Below are positions 8,060-19,746 of a stretch of 32,000 nucleotides of DNA, one piece after another. The stretch is from assembly GCF_000014265.1 (NCBI RefSeq), contig NC_008312.1:1230001-1262000 (forward strand). Reading direction: 5' to 3'. The notes beneath the pieces were generated by a model. The model worked only from the letters and a program-made list of their open reading frames with translations, did no database searches and had not been told where the DNA came from. Position numbers and translations under genes: made by a program. Numbering within the stretch: the stretch's first letter is position 1; each line of letters begins with the position of its first letter. The stretch comes from Trichodesmium erythraeum IMS101 (GTDB lineage Bacteria > Cyanobacteriota > Cyanobacteriia > Cyanobacteriales > Microcoleaceae).

Positions 8060-9115
8060 ATGACATTGTTAGTTGCAGGTGACATTGGTGGTACGAAAAC
8101 TATACTACAATTGGTAGAGGTAAACCGAGAAGAATCAAAAGCTTCCGTGGAACTACGTAAACTTTATGAAAATCGTTACTTGAGTAACGATTTTCCCGAT
8201 TTAGTACCTATAGTAAAAAAGTTCCTTGAAGAAGCTAGTGAAAAATTAGGAGAAAAACAAAAACCTGAAAAAGCTTGTTTTGCCATTGCCGGTCCAGTTG
8301 TCAACAACATAGTTAAATTGACTAATTTGCCTTGGATAATAGATGCCAAACTTATGGAAAATGAGTTAGGTATATCTCAAATTAGTTTGATTAATGATTT
8401 TGAAGCAGTAGGATATGGAATTTTAGGTTTAAATACTAAGGATCTTGAAACTTTACAACCAGGTGAACCTAAAAGTGATACTCCAATAGCTGTAATTGGT
8501 GCTGGTACAGGATTAGGACAATGTTTTTTGATTCGAGCAGCAGGGGTTATTAAAGTATATCCTACAGAAGGAGGTCATACAGATTTTAAGGCACGCTCAC
8601 AGTTAGAATTTGACCTATTAAAATATTTGAAGAAATTACATAATATAAAGCGAGTCTCTGTAGAAAGAGTAGTTTCGGGAATGGGAATTGTCGCAATTTA
8701 TCAATTTTTACGCGATAGCCTATTTGCTACAGAATCTCCAGAAATAGGAGATCAAATTAGACAGTGGGAAAAAGAAGTAGGTTCAAATCAAATTACTGTA
8801 GACCCAGGAGCAGTGATCGGTAAAGCTGCTTTAGAAAAAAGTGACCCCTTGTGCGAGCAAACCTTGAAGATGTTTATAGAAGCTTATGGGGCAGAAGCGG
8901 GAAATTTGGCACTGAAACTTTTACCCTATAGTGGTTTATACATAGCAGGGGGTATTGCTGCTAAAATTATCCCACTTATAAATTCAGGTAGTTTTATGGA
9001 AGCTTTTAAGGATAAAGGGCGAATGAAACCCTTATTAGAAAAAATACCTGTTCATGTTATTTTAAATCCTCACGTGGGATTAATTGGTGCAGCAATTCGT
9101 GCTTCTAATTTATAG
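8060..9115 (+). CDS. glk: glucokinase
   Basis: MTLLVAGDIGGTKTIL is the ROK/glucokinase ATP-binding N-terminus; other Glk motifs are AIAGPV, LINDFEAVGYG, VIGAGTGLG and YIAGGIA. The start is moved to ATG 8060, which has AGGAG 10 nt upstream. The 16 codons of the track ORF upstream of it are unlike Glk. Confidence 0.9.
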   Translation: MTLLVAGDIGGTKTILQLVEVNREESKASVELRKLYENRYLSNDFPDLVPIVKKFLEEASEKLGEKQKPEKACFAIAGPVVNNIVKLTNLPWIIDAKLMENELGISQISLINDFEAVGYGILGLNTKDLETLQPGEPKSDTPIAVIGAGTGLGQCFLIRAAGVIKVYPTEGGHTDFKARSQLEFDLLKYLKKLHNIKRVSVERVVSGMGIVAIYQFLRDSLFATESPEIGDQIRQWEKEVGSNQITVDPGAVIGKAALEKSDPLCEQTLKMFIEAYGAEAGNLALKLLPYSGLYIAGGIAAKIIPLINSGSFMEAFKDKGRMKPLLEKIPVHVILNPHVGLIGAAIRASNL

Positions 9116-9704
9116 GGAGTAAGAAGTTGGGAATTAGGAGTAAAAGGAGGGAGAAATCTTTGATATTTTGAGTTAAGCTATAGTAGAAACAAACCTAATT
9201 TTCATATTCAAACCCTTTCTTCTCTCCTGATTTCTCAATCATAGAATAATTACTTCAGAACCTACACAAAAGCACTATAATTGTAGTATTAAATTCTATC
9301 TGCTTCTACCTGGCAACATCGGCGTTATCCCACCCAGTTGCTGTTAAGGCTTTTCTGCAGCGCGGAGCATAGCTCTTACTGACCATTTAAGCTAAATTAA
9401 AACTAGCATTATTCCCGCTCTGAGTATACTCTTGAGCAAAAAAGAGTATAATTTGTGCACGAAAGAAGCACATCTACCCTGAGTGATTTATAGACTAAAA
9501 GAATAGATATAAAATGTGATCGTTCTTCTTATTATACTTGAAGATTTGTCTGTAAGTCTCGACGGACCATTTTTTTTTCTCCTAAATTATTCACAAGAAA
9601 AACATAATCTGAATTAGCTTAATAAATATATTAACTCCTATATAGAATCCCATTATATAATATATGTATATGTATGTCACTAAGAACGGGTAGGCATCAA
9701 AGCA

Positions 9705-10745
9705 ATGGGAAAACGTTTGAGCATTAAAGAGCAAATTTGCAAATTTGCAAGAAATAAAGAAGCTTTATTGAGACACTAGAGATGTGGTAGAACTATCAGT
9801 GGCAGATTATCTGGCTATTGGCTAAAAGTTCAAAGAGTGAAGAAGTAGCGATAGTGACTGGGTTAGCTTTGCAATGGATTCAACGGATAGCCCAACAGTT
9901 TAACAAGCATAGGACCAGCAGTAATTGGAGATGGTCGTCACCAGAACCAGATAGCAAAGGTTTGGCTCCCGGACCAGCAGCAAGCTCAACTGGTAAAAGT
10001 TTTAGAAGGAGAGCCACCAGGTGGAGGCAGATGGAGTGGCCCAAAGGTAGGGCTCTTGACGAGTGAGTTGCTGGGACCTCCGGTCTCTCCACAGCGAGAA
10101 TGGGAATATCTAAGGGGGCTAGAATACAAGATTGAAGTGTCTCGGCCATCTCATGCTTTAGCTTCCGAGTTGGAGCACGAAGAATCGAAAAAAACTCCAA
10201 CAGCGACTTCAAGAATTAGAAATAAAACTAGGTAAACCTGTATGACTGTGGATTATGTATGGATGAACATCGCTAAGGACTTCAACCTGTAATTCTTAGG
10301 AGTTAGTTCTCCTGGTGGTAAGTTGGGAGTGCTCCAGTTTACTAGAGATTTGAGTAGTGGCTGTTTGAGTGAGTAGAAACACAAATAATGAGCCTAATTC
10401 TCGAAGCTTTTGCCCAACCCCAGAGAATTCATCAGGAGAATCAAAGGTTACTGGTACCCGATAGAGCTGGATAGCAGACCACAGATAAGTTAGAAATCTC
10501 GCCGGGTTTGTTTTGAAAGTTCTTAGCTGCTTATTCTCCTGAACTACAGCCTGTAGAGAGACTATGGCCATGACTAGACGAATCAATTATGAATAAAATT
10601 TTTGATTCTTTAGAACAGCAACTAACATTTTATCATCAACTTTCACTGTCAGATTAAATTTTTTATGTTTGCCAGGTACTGGAGGTTTGTAGCTCCAATT
10701 AACTATCTTAGGATTGGATTATCTCCTGGTATACCTGCGAGTTTG
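9705..10745 (+). pseudogene. IS630-family transposase (winged HTH + DDE), heavily frameshifted with internal deletions
   Basis: Shifted frames read EVAIVTGLALQWIQRIAQQFNK, GDGRHQNQIAK..LPDQQQAQLVKVLEGEPPGGGRWSGPKVGLLTSELLGPPVSPQREWEYLRGLEYKIEVSRPSH. The DDE-domain fragments (LWIMYG.., ..SCLFS.TTACRETMAMT = YSPELQP-like) are all interrupted. Confidence 0.7.
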
Positions 10746-11465
10746 TATTTCTTTTTATTTGACATTTTTAGCTTCTTAAATATAACTTGATTATAACAAA
10801 ACTACTTGTAAAATTTTTTGATAAAACTATTAATATTTAGCAAGACTACTTTTTATAAATAGCAGTTCTCACTTAAATGAAGTATACTAAAAGCTTTAAT
10901 TAACAAGCTTTTTACCTTTAAATATGTACCTCACTCTTCAGGAAAATGCTATGTAGTAACCCACATTCCGCAGATATAACTCCAATTATCAATATTAAAA
11001 AAAAATGACGATCAGCAAAATTTTATTCGCCTAATTTTACTAATTACTATCATATCTATCATGAATTTTTTCCAGTCTTGTCTTTGAGCTTCTAAGTATC
11101 CATGGAATATTTCTATTTTTTGGGATCTACTCACATTTTTTAAAAGTTTTTTGAGAGTTTCTACCGATTTATTAATCTCAAATTTAACTACTCCTAATAT
11201 GAGGAAAACTTCTGTATAGATTACTTTTAAAAGTCTAGCTCAGGTTCATAAAATTGGTATTATCTTGATTTAATACTTGATATTGATATTGCAAACTTCA
11301 CTTTATAGTCTTACTTAATATTTCAGTAATGTTAATATAAAATTATTGAATTTTTACTCCTAAATATTTATAGGGAGATGAGGAGATAGGAAAGTTAGAG
11401 TATTAACACAATTTTTTTGTATCTCATATATTTATCAAGTTTTGTTTATATGCTAGAGAATAATT

Positions 11466-12032
11466 ATGAAAACTACTACTACTGCTCTTAAAGAATGGAA
11501 TGTTACTGTTAACGCTTTGGAAAATGGCAGTACAATTATGTTACTAAGAAAAGGTGGAATTAGAGAACAGAAAGGTAATTTTACTATTGCACATCAACAG
11601 GTTTTACTCTACCCTACTTTTGAACATCAAAAGCCAGATTTACTCAAACCAAAATATGCCAGCCAAGTACAAATCGTAGATTCTGGTTGGCATCCTAAAA
11701 AAATTAAAATTAGTAGTTTTGCTGAGATTACTAATGTTTTACCCGTAAGTGATAAGTCAATTTTAAATAAGTTATTTTTATCTCATATTTGGAATGAAAA
11801 ATTTATCAGCAATCGCCTAAAATATAAACCACAAAAAATGCTTTATATTTTACTTTTGAGAACTTATAAACTTTCTCAAGCCTATGAATTTTTTTACCGC
11901 CCAGAATATGGAGGCTGTCGTTCTTGGATTAACTTAGCTACACCAATCAATATCACAAACTTAACTCCTGTTTTAAATGATTATACTTATCAGAAACTAT
12001 CCCGAGAAATTTCTCAACTTTTTACAGATTAA
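11466..12032 (+). CDS. conserved hypothetical protein, DUF1802-like
   Basis: 188-aa intact ORF. ALKEWNVTVNALENGSTIMLLRKGGIRE...LLYPTFEHQ matches my recollection of the DUF1802 N-terminus. The family name is not verified. Confidence 0.6.
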   Translation: MKTTTTALKEWNVTVNALENGSTIMLLRKGGIREQKGNFTIAHQQVLLYPTFEHQKPDLLKPKYASQVQIVDSGWHPKKIKISSFAEITNVLPVSDKSILNKLFLSHIWNEKFISNRLKYKPQKMLYILLLRTYKLSQAYEFFYRPEYGGCRSWINLATPINITNLTPVLNDYTYQKLSREISQLFTD

Positions 12033-12134
12033 ACAATCAGGATTAGTTTAAATAGTTGATATTCATTAACCCTATTAACGGGAATTTAGCCAATTTCAAT
12101 TCTCAACAAACCTCAAACTATTTTTATAAGCTGT

Positions 12135-13787
12135 AAATAGGGTTTGCTGAAAAAGCCTGAAAATGGTTGGTTTATTATTCAAAAAAAATTGATGATTATT
12201 AAAAACTATCATCATTTATACAACTAGAATTTGAAATCATTAAAAACACCCAGAAAAAAATATAAAAAAATCAAAAAAGCCTCTTTTAAGAGAGTCTAAA
12301 GGTTGATTAGTAAGAAAGTCAAAAAAATAATTGCGATTGCAGTTGTAGAAGTTTTAGAAAGTTTAGCCATTACTTTATTATGACTAAATCCTCTTTTGCT
12401 ACCGGACAAATTTACCTTCAATATGGCGACCTAATATTTCATCGCTCCTGAGCTTTTGTTTCTGTTATTTATCAATATTGTTGTGTGCTCTTCCCTAATG
12501 AAATACTGATTATAATACCTTTATCTTTACAGAATTTTCGGTTTTTTCATGTTAGCTAAATTTGGTCTGCATTAAAAAACCTCTGGGTAATAACCTATGT
12601 AGTTTTTTTCACTCTTCAAAGTCAGCCTTTAAATCTCAAAATTCGTTATAGTTTTCCCAACTTATTCTATGTAAAAATATATCTCTATCCATACAAATTG
12701 CAGATATTTTGGCTCCAAATTCTGTATTTTTCCCCTTTTTACTCTTACTATTAGACGCATATCAGGTTGATTTAAACTTACTACCATATCATCTATTCGT
12801 TGTTCTTTGCTATCCCACATAAATTATTGTTGACGCTAAATTTCACAGAAATCCAACAATGTTTTATATTCTCTAATACTCAAACTTTTATGACGGACAC
12901 CATTATCAATTAACAGCCTTTTGGGAGCTTAAGTTTTTACTTACATATTTCAGTTATTTGTTGATAGCTTTCCTGATAGCCTTAGGAGTTAGTCATCTTT
13001 TTTTTGCCTACCTTTAAACATTCTTTTTTTTTGCTGTTTGACAGTGAGTAATGAGTTTTTGGTGAAACTGACTTTTAACAGCCTTTTAAGAGAATATCTT
13101 AGATAATTTTGGTTTCAATTTTGCCATTATTTAATATATTTAAGTCCGTCAGATAGCTGGGAGCGCAGGTGCCATCTTAAATTAATTTACCTTAATTTTT
13201 GCACTCCTTAATATATTCTAATAAGGTTCTTTTTTTTTGCTTCATCTTCCTAATTTTTACTCTAATTTTTCACCACATCTAAATTAATTTGATTGATTAA
13301 ATCTACACCTATTATTTCTATAAAATGAACCAACATTGAAGCATAAAAACTCTCTTAGTTGTTATAGTATTTCAGAAAAATAAACCATTGTAAATAGTGT
13401 TTTTACTTAATTTGTTATACTTTTTCTCTATTCCTTATACCTAATTTTTATTTAATAATTAACGCCCCTAATTCTATTCTAAAATTTAATCCAGGTGCTC
13501 CTATGCATCGTGGAGAAAAAGATTGCATATACATCTTCATATTTCTCCCAAGGAATTAAACTAGCCATCACTACCCAAGGATTTTCTAGGAATAATTTGC
13601 CATTGAATGGTAGTTGAAAATTTTCTAGTAGAGTGTCACGTTAGCCTACTTTTCTGTAAATTTTGTGTGCATTATAGATACCTGTTTTTTGGTCTATTTT
13701 AGCTAAAAATTAGATACTATTTCTGATGAAAAATACCTAAAATCATTACTCTGTAAGTTTTTTAGATCTATTCAGCAAACCCTAAAT
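12135..13787 (-). mobile_element. decayed IS5-superfamily (IS1182/ISL2-like) element, copy A, with 14-bp terminal inverted repeats
   Basis: tagggtttgctgaa at 12138-12151 pairs with ttcagcaaacccta at 13771-13784. Minus-strand relics: N-terminal NPWVVMASLIPWEKYEDVYA (about 13.55 kb) and C-terminal KVNLSGSKRGFSHNKVMAKLSKTSTTAIAIIFL (about 12.3-12.44 kb). No open frame survives. Confidence 0.65.
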
Positions 13788-14369
13788 ATGTCGATATTTT
13801 CATCTAACCCATCAACAAAACAATAAGATATTGCTGTACAAAATGCCAATCAAATATCAGTAAAAGTATTGAATAGTTGGTTAGCCCAACACCTTCTTAT
13901 ATGTCTATGTAATTTATACCAGATAATAAATGTATAACCACAAAATACTAAAAAAAAATGCCTTGTTAGGCTGATTTAATTTCTAACTTGATATTCTCTT
14001 AATCCTAACTATCATGAGTGCTTATCTGTAGAAAACTTCCACCCAATTTCTCTCTTGATAAGCTGAAATAGGGTAATATTAAACAATTATTTCCACAAAA
14101 ATATGGTCAAAAAAAAATTAAAGACGACAATAAATTCCCAAAATTGAGCTGAGACAATTATCAGAAAATCGAAAAGCAAATAGCTAAAAACTGGGAAGAT
14201 ACTTTAACTTACTTCTCATTAGTAATCCTGGTCATATACTGGAGATTAGTCGCATAAAAAACTTACGGAGACTGAGAAATAAATGAAGAAAAAAGATGGT
14301 AATTTATGAAAGAATTATCTAAAATAGAAAGAAAACTGTAAGTTTATGCATTAGATACTGGTATTAGTA

Positions 14370-15449
14370 ATCAAAAAGATTATCCTTATCGAGTATTTTC
14401 TATAGGAAAAAGGCACTGTAGTAATCATCGCATAGGTTATGGCAAAATTAAATACTGAAAAAGTTTAGGAAAATCAAATATTTGACCATCTGCAAAAAAT
14501 TTAAATCGCCATTTAACTATTTTAAAAGAAGTACAAATTGGTTTGTAAACAAATATATTCTATAGGGTTTTGTTCTGGGGCATCGGGATTAAATGAGTAT
14601 ACAATTTATAAATCATTTTTCTTCGGGTTTTCTTGATTAATTAAAATCAAATATTCTCGAAACTTGATTCAAGTTATGATTACTTGTAGCTTCCCAAAAT
14701 ATTGCCTAGCTTTTTCCTGTTCTTTGGTTTTTTAAATATTTAACAAATTCATTCTTTTTTTCAGTAGAACCAAATCTTTAATTCTTCTACAATAAATTAT
14801 TTATTCTGATAAATATAAGCTCCATAATAAGTTGATTTTTCAAAATATTTTTTCATCGGAACCTAATTTATTTTATCTGTTATTCCCCAATTATAGCTGC
14901 ATAGATAACCCCATAATAAATGACATTCATCAACCATAAAAACTGCAAGCTTTTCGTCTTCTATTAATGAATTTAAATTTAGCCAATAGTTCCTCTATTT
15001 CTTTTTTTTTGCTTTCACTAATTCATCATTTTTAGCAAGATTTCTATCAGTGAGTTTTTTTCCAAGTTATTCCCGCTTCTTTAAGTAAGTTATAATAACT
15101 TTGTAAGAGCTTAAAAAACTATATCATATTGCTTCAAATAAGATTTTTGTAAATCTGATAATCATCAGGTAATTTTGTACCCTTATCCACTCAATTATTT
15201 GCTCTTTTTCGACCGCCAATATGCTAACCTTGTGTTCCAATATAATTGAATTTTTAAACTTTCTACCCCATAAAATATTGCTTGATTTTTCCATTCACTA
15301 ATAAAACTGCTGAGTTACATTTAATAATTCTTGAATTTTACGGTAGGATTTTCTCTACAAAATCATTAAGACTTGCCTAGGCTCTTTTTATTTCTTTTGA
15401 CTATGCACATTTGATTTATAAAATCGTCTAGTTCATCTAAAATATTCAT
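14370..15449 (-). pseudogene. IS630-family transposase relic
   Basis: Minus-strand reading from ATG (complement of 15447-15449): MNILDELDDF.., LLKEAGITWKKT, ...FNPDAPEQNPIEYI (a YSPELNPIE-like motif). It has many stops. Confidence 0.55.
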
Positions 15450-15599
15450 TTTTTTTCTAGTGAAGTGGATATATTATTATTATATCTGTTGCGACTTATG
15501 TGTGGATTGCTATATCCCCATCATACAGGTAAAAAAACGGAAAATTTAAGCTGTATTGTGCTGCAATAAAGAAAAAAATTTTTGTTCCTTTAATATAGA

Positions 15600-15850
15600 A
15601 AACTTCATGTAATAGGGATTTATTGGAAGCTTGATTAACTGATTTTTTTTATGCCATTATTACAACTAGAATATATCATAGTAATAGTCATAGATAATGC
15701 TATTTTTAATCATGGTAAAACTATATAATGATTAGTGAAATTGAATGAGATTTCTACATATTATTTACTTCACTATTCACCTGATTTAAAAATTGTTTAG
15801 TAGCCATAAAAAACATAGATTAAATCAAAATTTTCCGAATTTAAAACAGT
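15600..15850 (+). pseudogene. C-terminal fragment of an IS630-family transposase
   Basis: Reads IIVIVIDNAIFNHGKT ... ISTYYLLHYSPDLK, matching the IS630 pattern I.V.DNA.FH ... L.YLPPYSPDLNPIE. Stops follow. Confidence 0.5.
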
Positions 15851-16734
15851 GAGATAAAAGTAGATACAGTATTTTAAAAATGTCTATTACATATTTGCAT
15901 AATGGAAGACCTACAATCTGAAAAGCATATATTTATTATGATTTAGGAATAAATAATAGTAACTAATTTGACTTAATAATTTATACCAATTATTATGGAT
16001 TAATACTATACTTAGGTGACACTTAAATCATTAACTAAGTAGGTAAGCATTCAAATTTTTTGCTATGTTACAAAATGTAAATTTACTCTCAAATCAATTG
16101 TCTATAGAAGCTTGTAGTTACTTTACAAAAACTCAGATAGTTAAGCAATTTCTTTGGTTACCTACCTAATTAACAGAAGTGTAATAACTTTTTTGATAAA
16201 TTAATTAACTAGAAGAGTGAGAGTCACTCTTGAGACATTACGGATGCTGTATGCAGACTCCCTACAAAAAATCCTCTATTCCCCTAGCTTATCGAAGCTA
16301 TACCCCCGAATACAAATTTTACCCTTTAGTAAATGGCTACCACTATTGAGTCAGAATAGATTACTCAACAGTCAGAATAAATAGTTAAAATATTATTATA
16401 TTATAAATTATAGTTGTTTTGAATATCCCTTTTTAATCAAAAGGAAATCTGATTAAATTATCTTATTAATCCTAGATTATTGATAACATTTTTTTTTAGT
16501 CCCGTTATTAGTAGAAGTAACTCCTCTACTCAATAGTCAAGTAGAAAATTTTTTGAGAAATGGTATGAAATATTAGAGATGATTTGTAAAATAGACTTAT
16601 AGCTTGATGACTTAAAAAATCCCCAAATACTTTGTGACTACAAATACTGGAAAAAGTATAAATGCTGGGACTTTTTGCTTTGTCTAGGCTTAAAATTTTT
16701 TTTCATCTATGCTAGGGAAAACTCTAAGTTATAG

Positions 16735-16900
16735 GATAAATAATAGTGTCTTCGCCTATTACTTATTCCCTATTCTCTATCTCCTTTTTTTATTCCCTTT
16801 AATAGTATCTTTGACTATTTCCTATTCCTTATAAGCAAGCAGAAATTGTAATAATTATGTCTTTGCTGATTTCCTATACTCTATTCTCTATAAGTAAACT
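16735..16900 (+). repeat. three imperfect direct repeats of about 55 bp (core AATAGT.TCTT.G..TATT.C.TAT.C.CTATTCTCTAT)
   Basis: Copies start near 16738, 16798 and 16851. A related inverted copy (ctattacctattcct on the minus strand) lies near 17190-17207. Confidence 0.6.
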
Positions 16901-17395
16901 ACGAATATCTGATGTTATGGTAAAATAAACGATAACCAATAATTCTTTGAAGATTGAGACTGTGGGGTTTATTTTTGGAAAAAAAACTGTAAAGTTTTTT
17001 ATTAGAAAAAGAATTATTAATTGTCCCAAAACGTGGTATTGAGTAGGGTAAGGTCAATAATTGTTGCTTCCATCATTCCCAGTCCCCGCTGTCAAATTTA
17101 TGGCACTACTGCTACTGGTATTTGTCAAGACAGCATACTATCATAGAGAAAATCTAAGGTTTTCTTTCCTAGGCCAAGATGATATGTAGGAATAGGTAAT
17201 AATAACTACTAAAATAGAATCGTCAATATGATCAGAAATTGATAATTTGTCATTTTTTATCTTGCAAATGTTCGCCAATTAGGTGAGTTAATGGAGCTAA
17301 TTTATAGAAAACTATTTTATTTTTATGTAAAATTTATGTTGGCAATATTCATGTTTAATAATCAGTTTTTATTGTACTATTTAAAATTATAAAAT

Positions 17396-18022
17396 ATGTC
17401 TAAATCAATCATGGATACCAATATTAATTATAAATGTCTGGAGTTGGAAAATGCTCGGATCCATTACCTAGAAACTGGAAAAAAAAATGCAGTTAGTGTA
17501 TTGTTGCTACATGGAGCAAGTTTTACTGCTCATACATGGCAAGAAATAGGTACTCTTGATATTTTGACTACCCAGGGTTACCGAGCTGTTGCAGTAGATA
17601 TTCCTGGCTATGGTCGTTCCCAAAGAATATCAGTTTCTAACTTAGGTTTTTTGCGAGGAATATTAAATAAGTTAAACTTAAATTTACCAATTTTAGTATC
17701 CCCTTCTATGAGCGGTGGTTATAGTTTCCCTTTTGTGATTGATGATTTTGATAAACTAGGGGGCTTTGTAGCAGTTTCCACTGTAGGAATTGAGCGTTTT
17801 CAGGATGAATTAAAAGGAATTAAATTACCAACATTAGCTATTTGGGGAAGTAATGATCGGATAGTACCTATAGAAAAAGCTGATTTATTAGTAGAATTAA
17901 TGCCCAATGCTCAAAAAGTTATTCTGACTGACGCTGGTCATGCTTGTTATATACAAAAAACTGAAGAGTTTCACAAACATTTAATTAAATTTATTAAGAG
18001 CATTGACTTCATTAAAGAATAA
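17396..18022 (+). CDS. alpha/beta-fold hydrolase (ABHD14-like)
   Basis: 208-aa ORF with LLLHGASFTAHTW (oxyanion HG), an SPSMSGGY nucleophile elbow, WGSNDRIVP and a DAGHACY catalytic His region. Confidence 0.8.
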   Translation: MSKSIMDTNINYKCLELENARIHYLETGKKNAVSVLLLHGASFTAHTWQEIGTLDILTTQGYRAVAVDIPGYGRSQRISVSNLGFLRGILNKLNLNLPILVSPSMSGGYSFPFVIDDFDKLGGFVAVSTVGIERFQDELKGIKLPTLAIWGSNDRIVPIEKADLLVELMPNAQKVILTDAGHACYIQKTEEFHKHLIKFIKSIDFIKE

Positions 18023-18699
18023 TATGAAGTGGACTGACACAGGGCATACTAGAAACTAAATTTCTATATGTAATTTCTAGTAATTTATAGCACCCTAAGT
18101 AAAGATATGGACATTTATAGGATCGGAATGGGGTAAATCGTATACAAGATATAAATGTTAAAATTATTGTAGTGTTGGACTTTTATAGCTATGTGTGTAA
18201 TTTATAATAGTAGGAGGTACTGTATATAGCATTTTCAAATGAAATGTAAAACAAGAGTTGTTTATTTACTAACAGTAAAAAGTTTGGCAAACCTTCTTAT
18301 CTCCAGTATGATTAATTAGCCATAATAAACATCCTTTTTAAAGTATCAATTACTATCAAATTTTTCTAAATTGGGGACTCAAATAGACTTAATATTATAT
18401 TAAATCCCCTTAATTCGGTTCAAAAAAAATGTTTATTACACAAGGTAACAAGCAAGGATTAAGGTAGATATAATGGCACTATTATGAAGATAAACTAAAT
18501 AATATAATACATCAATACATCAACTGAAAAGAAATTATTGATTTTCGGAGCTTATTGCGAGGCAAGGGTGCGCTACATTCGCCAAACTTTTAGTTTATCA
18601 TTTATTCATTCAGAATAAATCCGAAAGTGTTTGATTGATTCTTTAAATAAAGTTATGATTTCCTATTATTATAGATTCATTAAAATATAATTTGAAGTG

Positions 18700-19450
18700 A
18701 TTAAACAGGCTGCAAAACAGTTTTTCTCCAAAAAAGTACAAAAAAAGAGAGAAACCTCCTTTTAATAGGGTAGAAAGGTTCATTACTAAAAAAAGTGATT
18801 GCGTAGGTATTTGTAGAAGTTTTAGAAAGTTTATCTATCACTTTGACTAAATTAAATATTCTTTGTACTTTGCCTAAATTTACCATGAACATGGTTACAT
18901 AATCTTTCATCGCTCTTGAGCTTGTTTTCTCTGTTCTTGATCAATATTTTTCCTAGTCAACAAGCAGGCGGACCGCTCTGCTGAAAATACTTTGATTAAG
19001 TTTTTTTTCCAGCTTTTCCTCTCACTATTGGACATACATCAGCTTGATTTAGACTTACTATCTTATCATCTATTCGTTGTTTTTCGTGCTCCCACATCCA
19101 TTGTTGTTGACAATCTACTTGAAATGATGTCCAATAAAGTTTTATCTTGTCTATTATTTAGAGGTTTTAGACTGGCATCTTTATCTATAAGCAGGTTCTC
19201 TTTAGAGATTAAATTTTTCCTGACTTATGGTATTTGTTAATTCATCTTTTTCTTAATTCATTTACGATATGATGGTATTTTTTTGCTTCCTTAAAGTATG
19301 CTTTTAGAGTTATTTAACGGTAAGTAATAGTTTTTTTATGAAACTAGCAATTAAAAGGTTTATAGAGAATATATATTATTTGTTCAGTTTTAATTATGCC
19401 TTAATTTAAATGATGGTAAATATACACAAATAGATACTTTTGTAGATACT
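18700..19450 (-). pseudogene. decayed IS5-superfamily (IS1182/ISL2-like) element, copy B, 5'-truncated
   Basis: Aligns with 12290-13150 of copy A. Minus-strand relics read FMVNLGKVQRIFNLVKVIDKLSKTSTNTYAITFF and SLNQADVCPIVRGKAGKK (compare S..QP..RPIVRGK). No terminal repeat was found. Confidence 0.6.
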
Positions 19451-19746
19451 TGAGACATAAATTATATTATTATTTACGCACTCAAATAAGAACCATAATT
19501 ATTGTTTTTATCAAGAAATTTCGTTTATAAACCTGGTGTCTGGGTAATTCTTGATGAATAAAATATCATAAATAACTGAAAGCAGGACAGAAACTAGAAT
19601 ATGTTTCTACCGGATAGAAACTTTTTTTTTGCCACATATAATTCTTATGATATTATACTTATGTCTTAACGTAAAAAGATTTTTACAAATCACTAAAGAC
19701 TTAACCAATTTAACCAATCATCAACATAATTAAAAAATTTTGACAC

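Noticed and set aside
9425-9450. Hairpin tatactctt-N8-aagagtata as the glk terminator
   Set aside because: It lies more than 300 nt downstream of the glk stop and has no U-tract on either strand. It is more likely incidental or part of eroded repeat DNA.
9818-10586. ORFs 9818-10066 (+), 9880-10212 (-), 10296-10586 (-)
   Set aside because: They are out-of-frame or antisense readings across the frameshifted IS630-like relic. The Arg/Ser/Pro-rich products are typical of wrong-frame translation.
18701-19240. ORFs 18701-18910 (-) and 18992-19240 (+)
   Set aside because: The first is only the surviving C-terminal piece of the decayed IS5-superfamily transposase. The second is antisense to the same relic. 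Neither is an independent gene.
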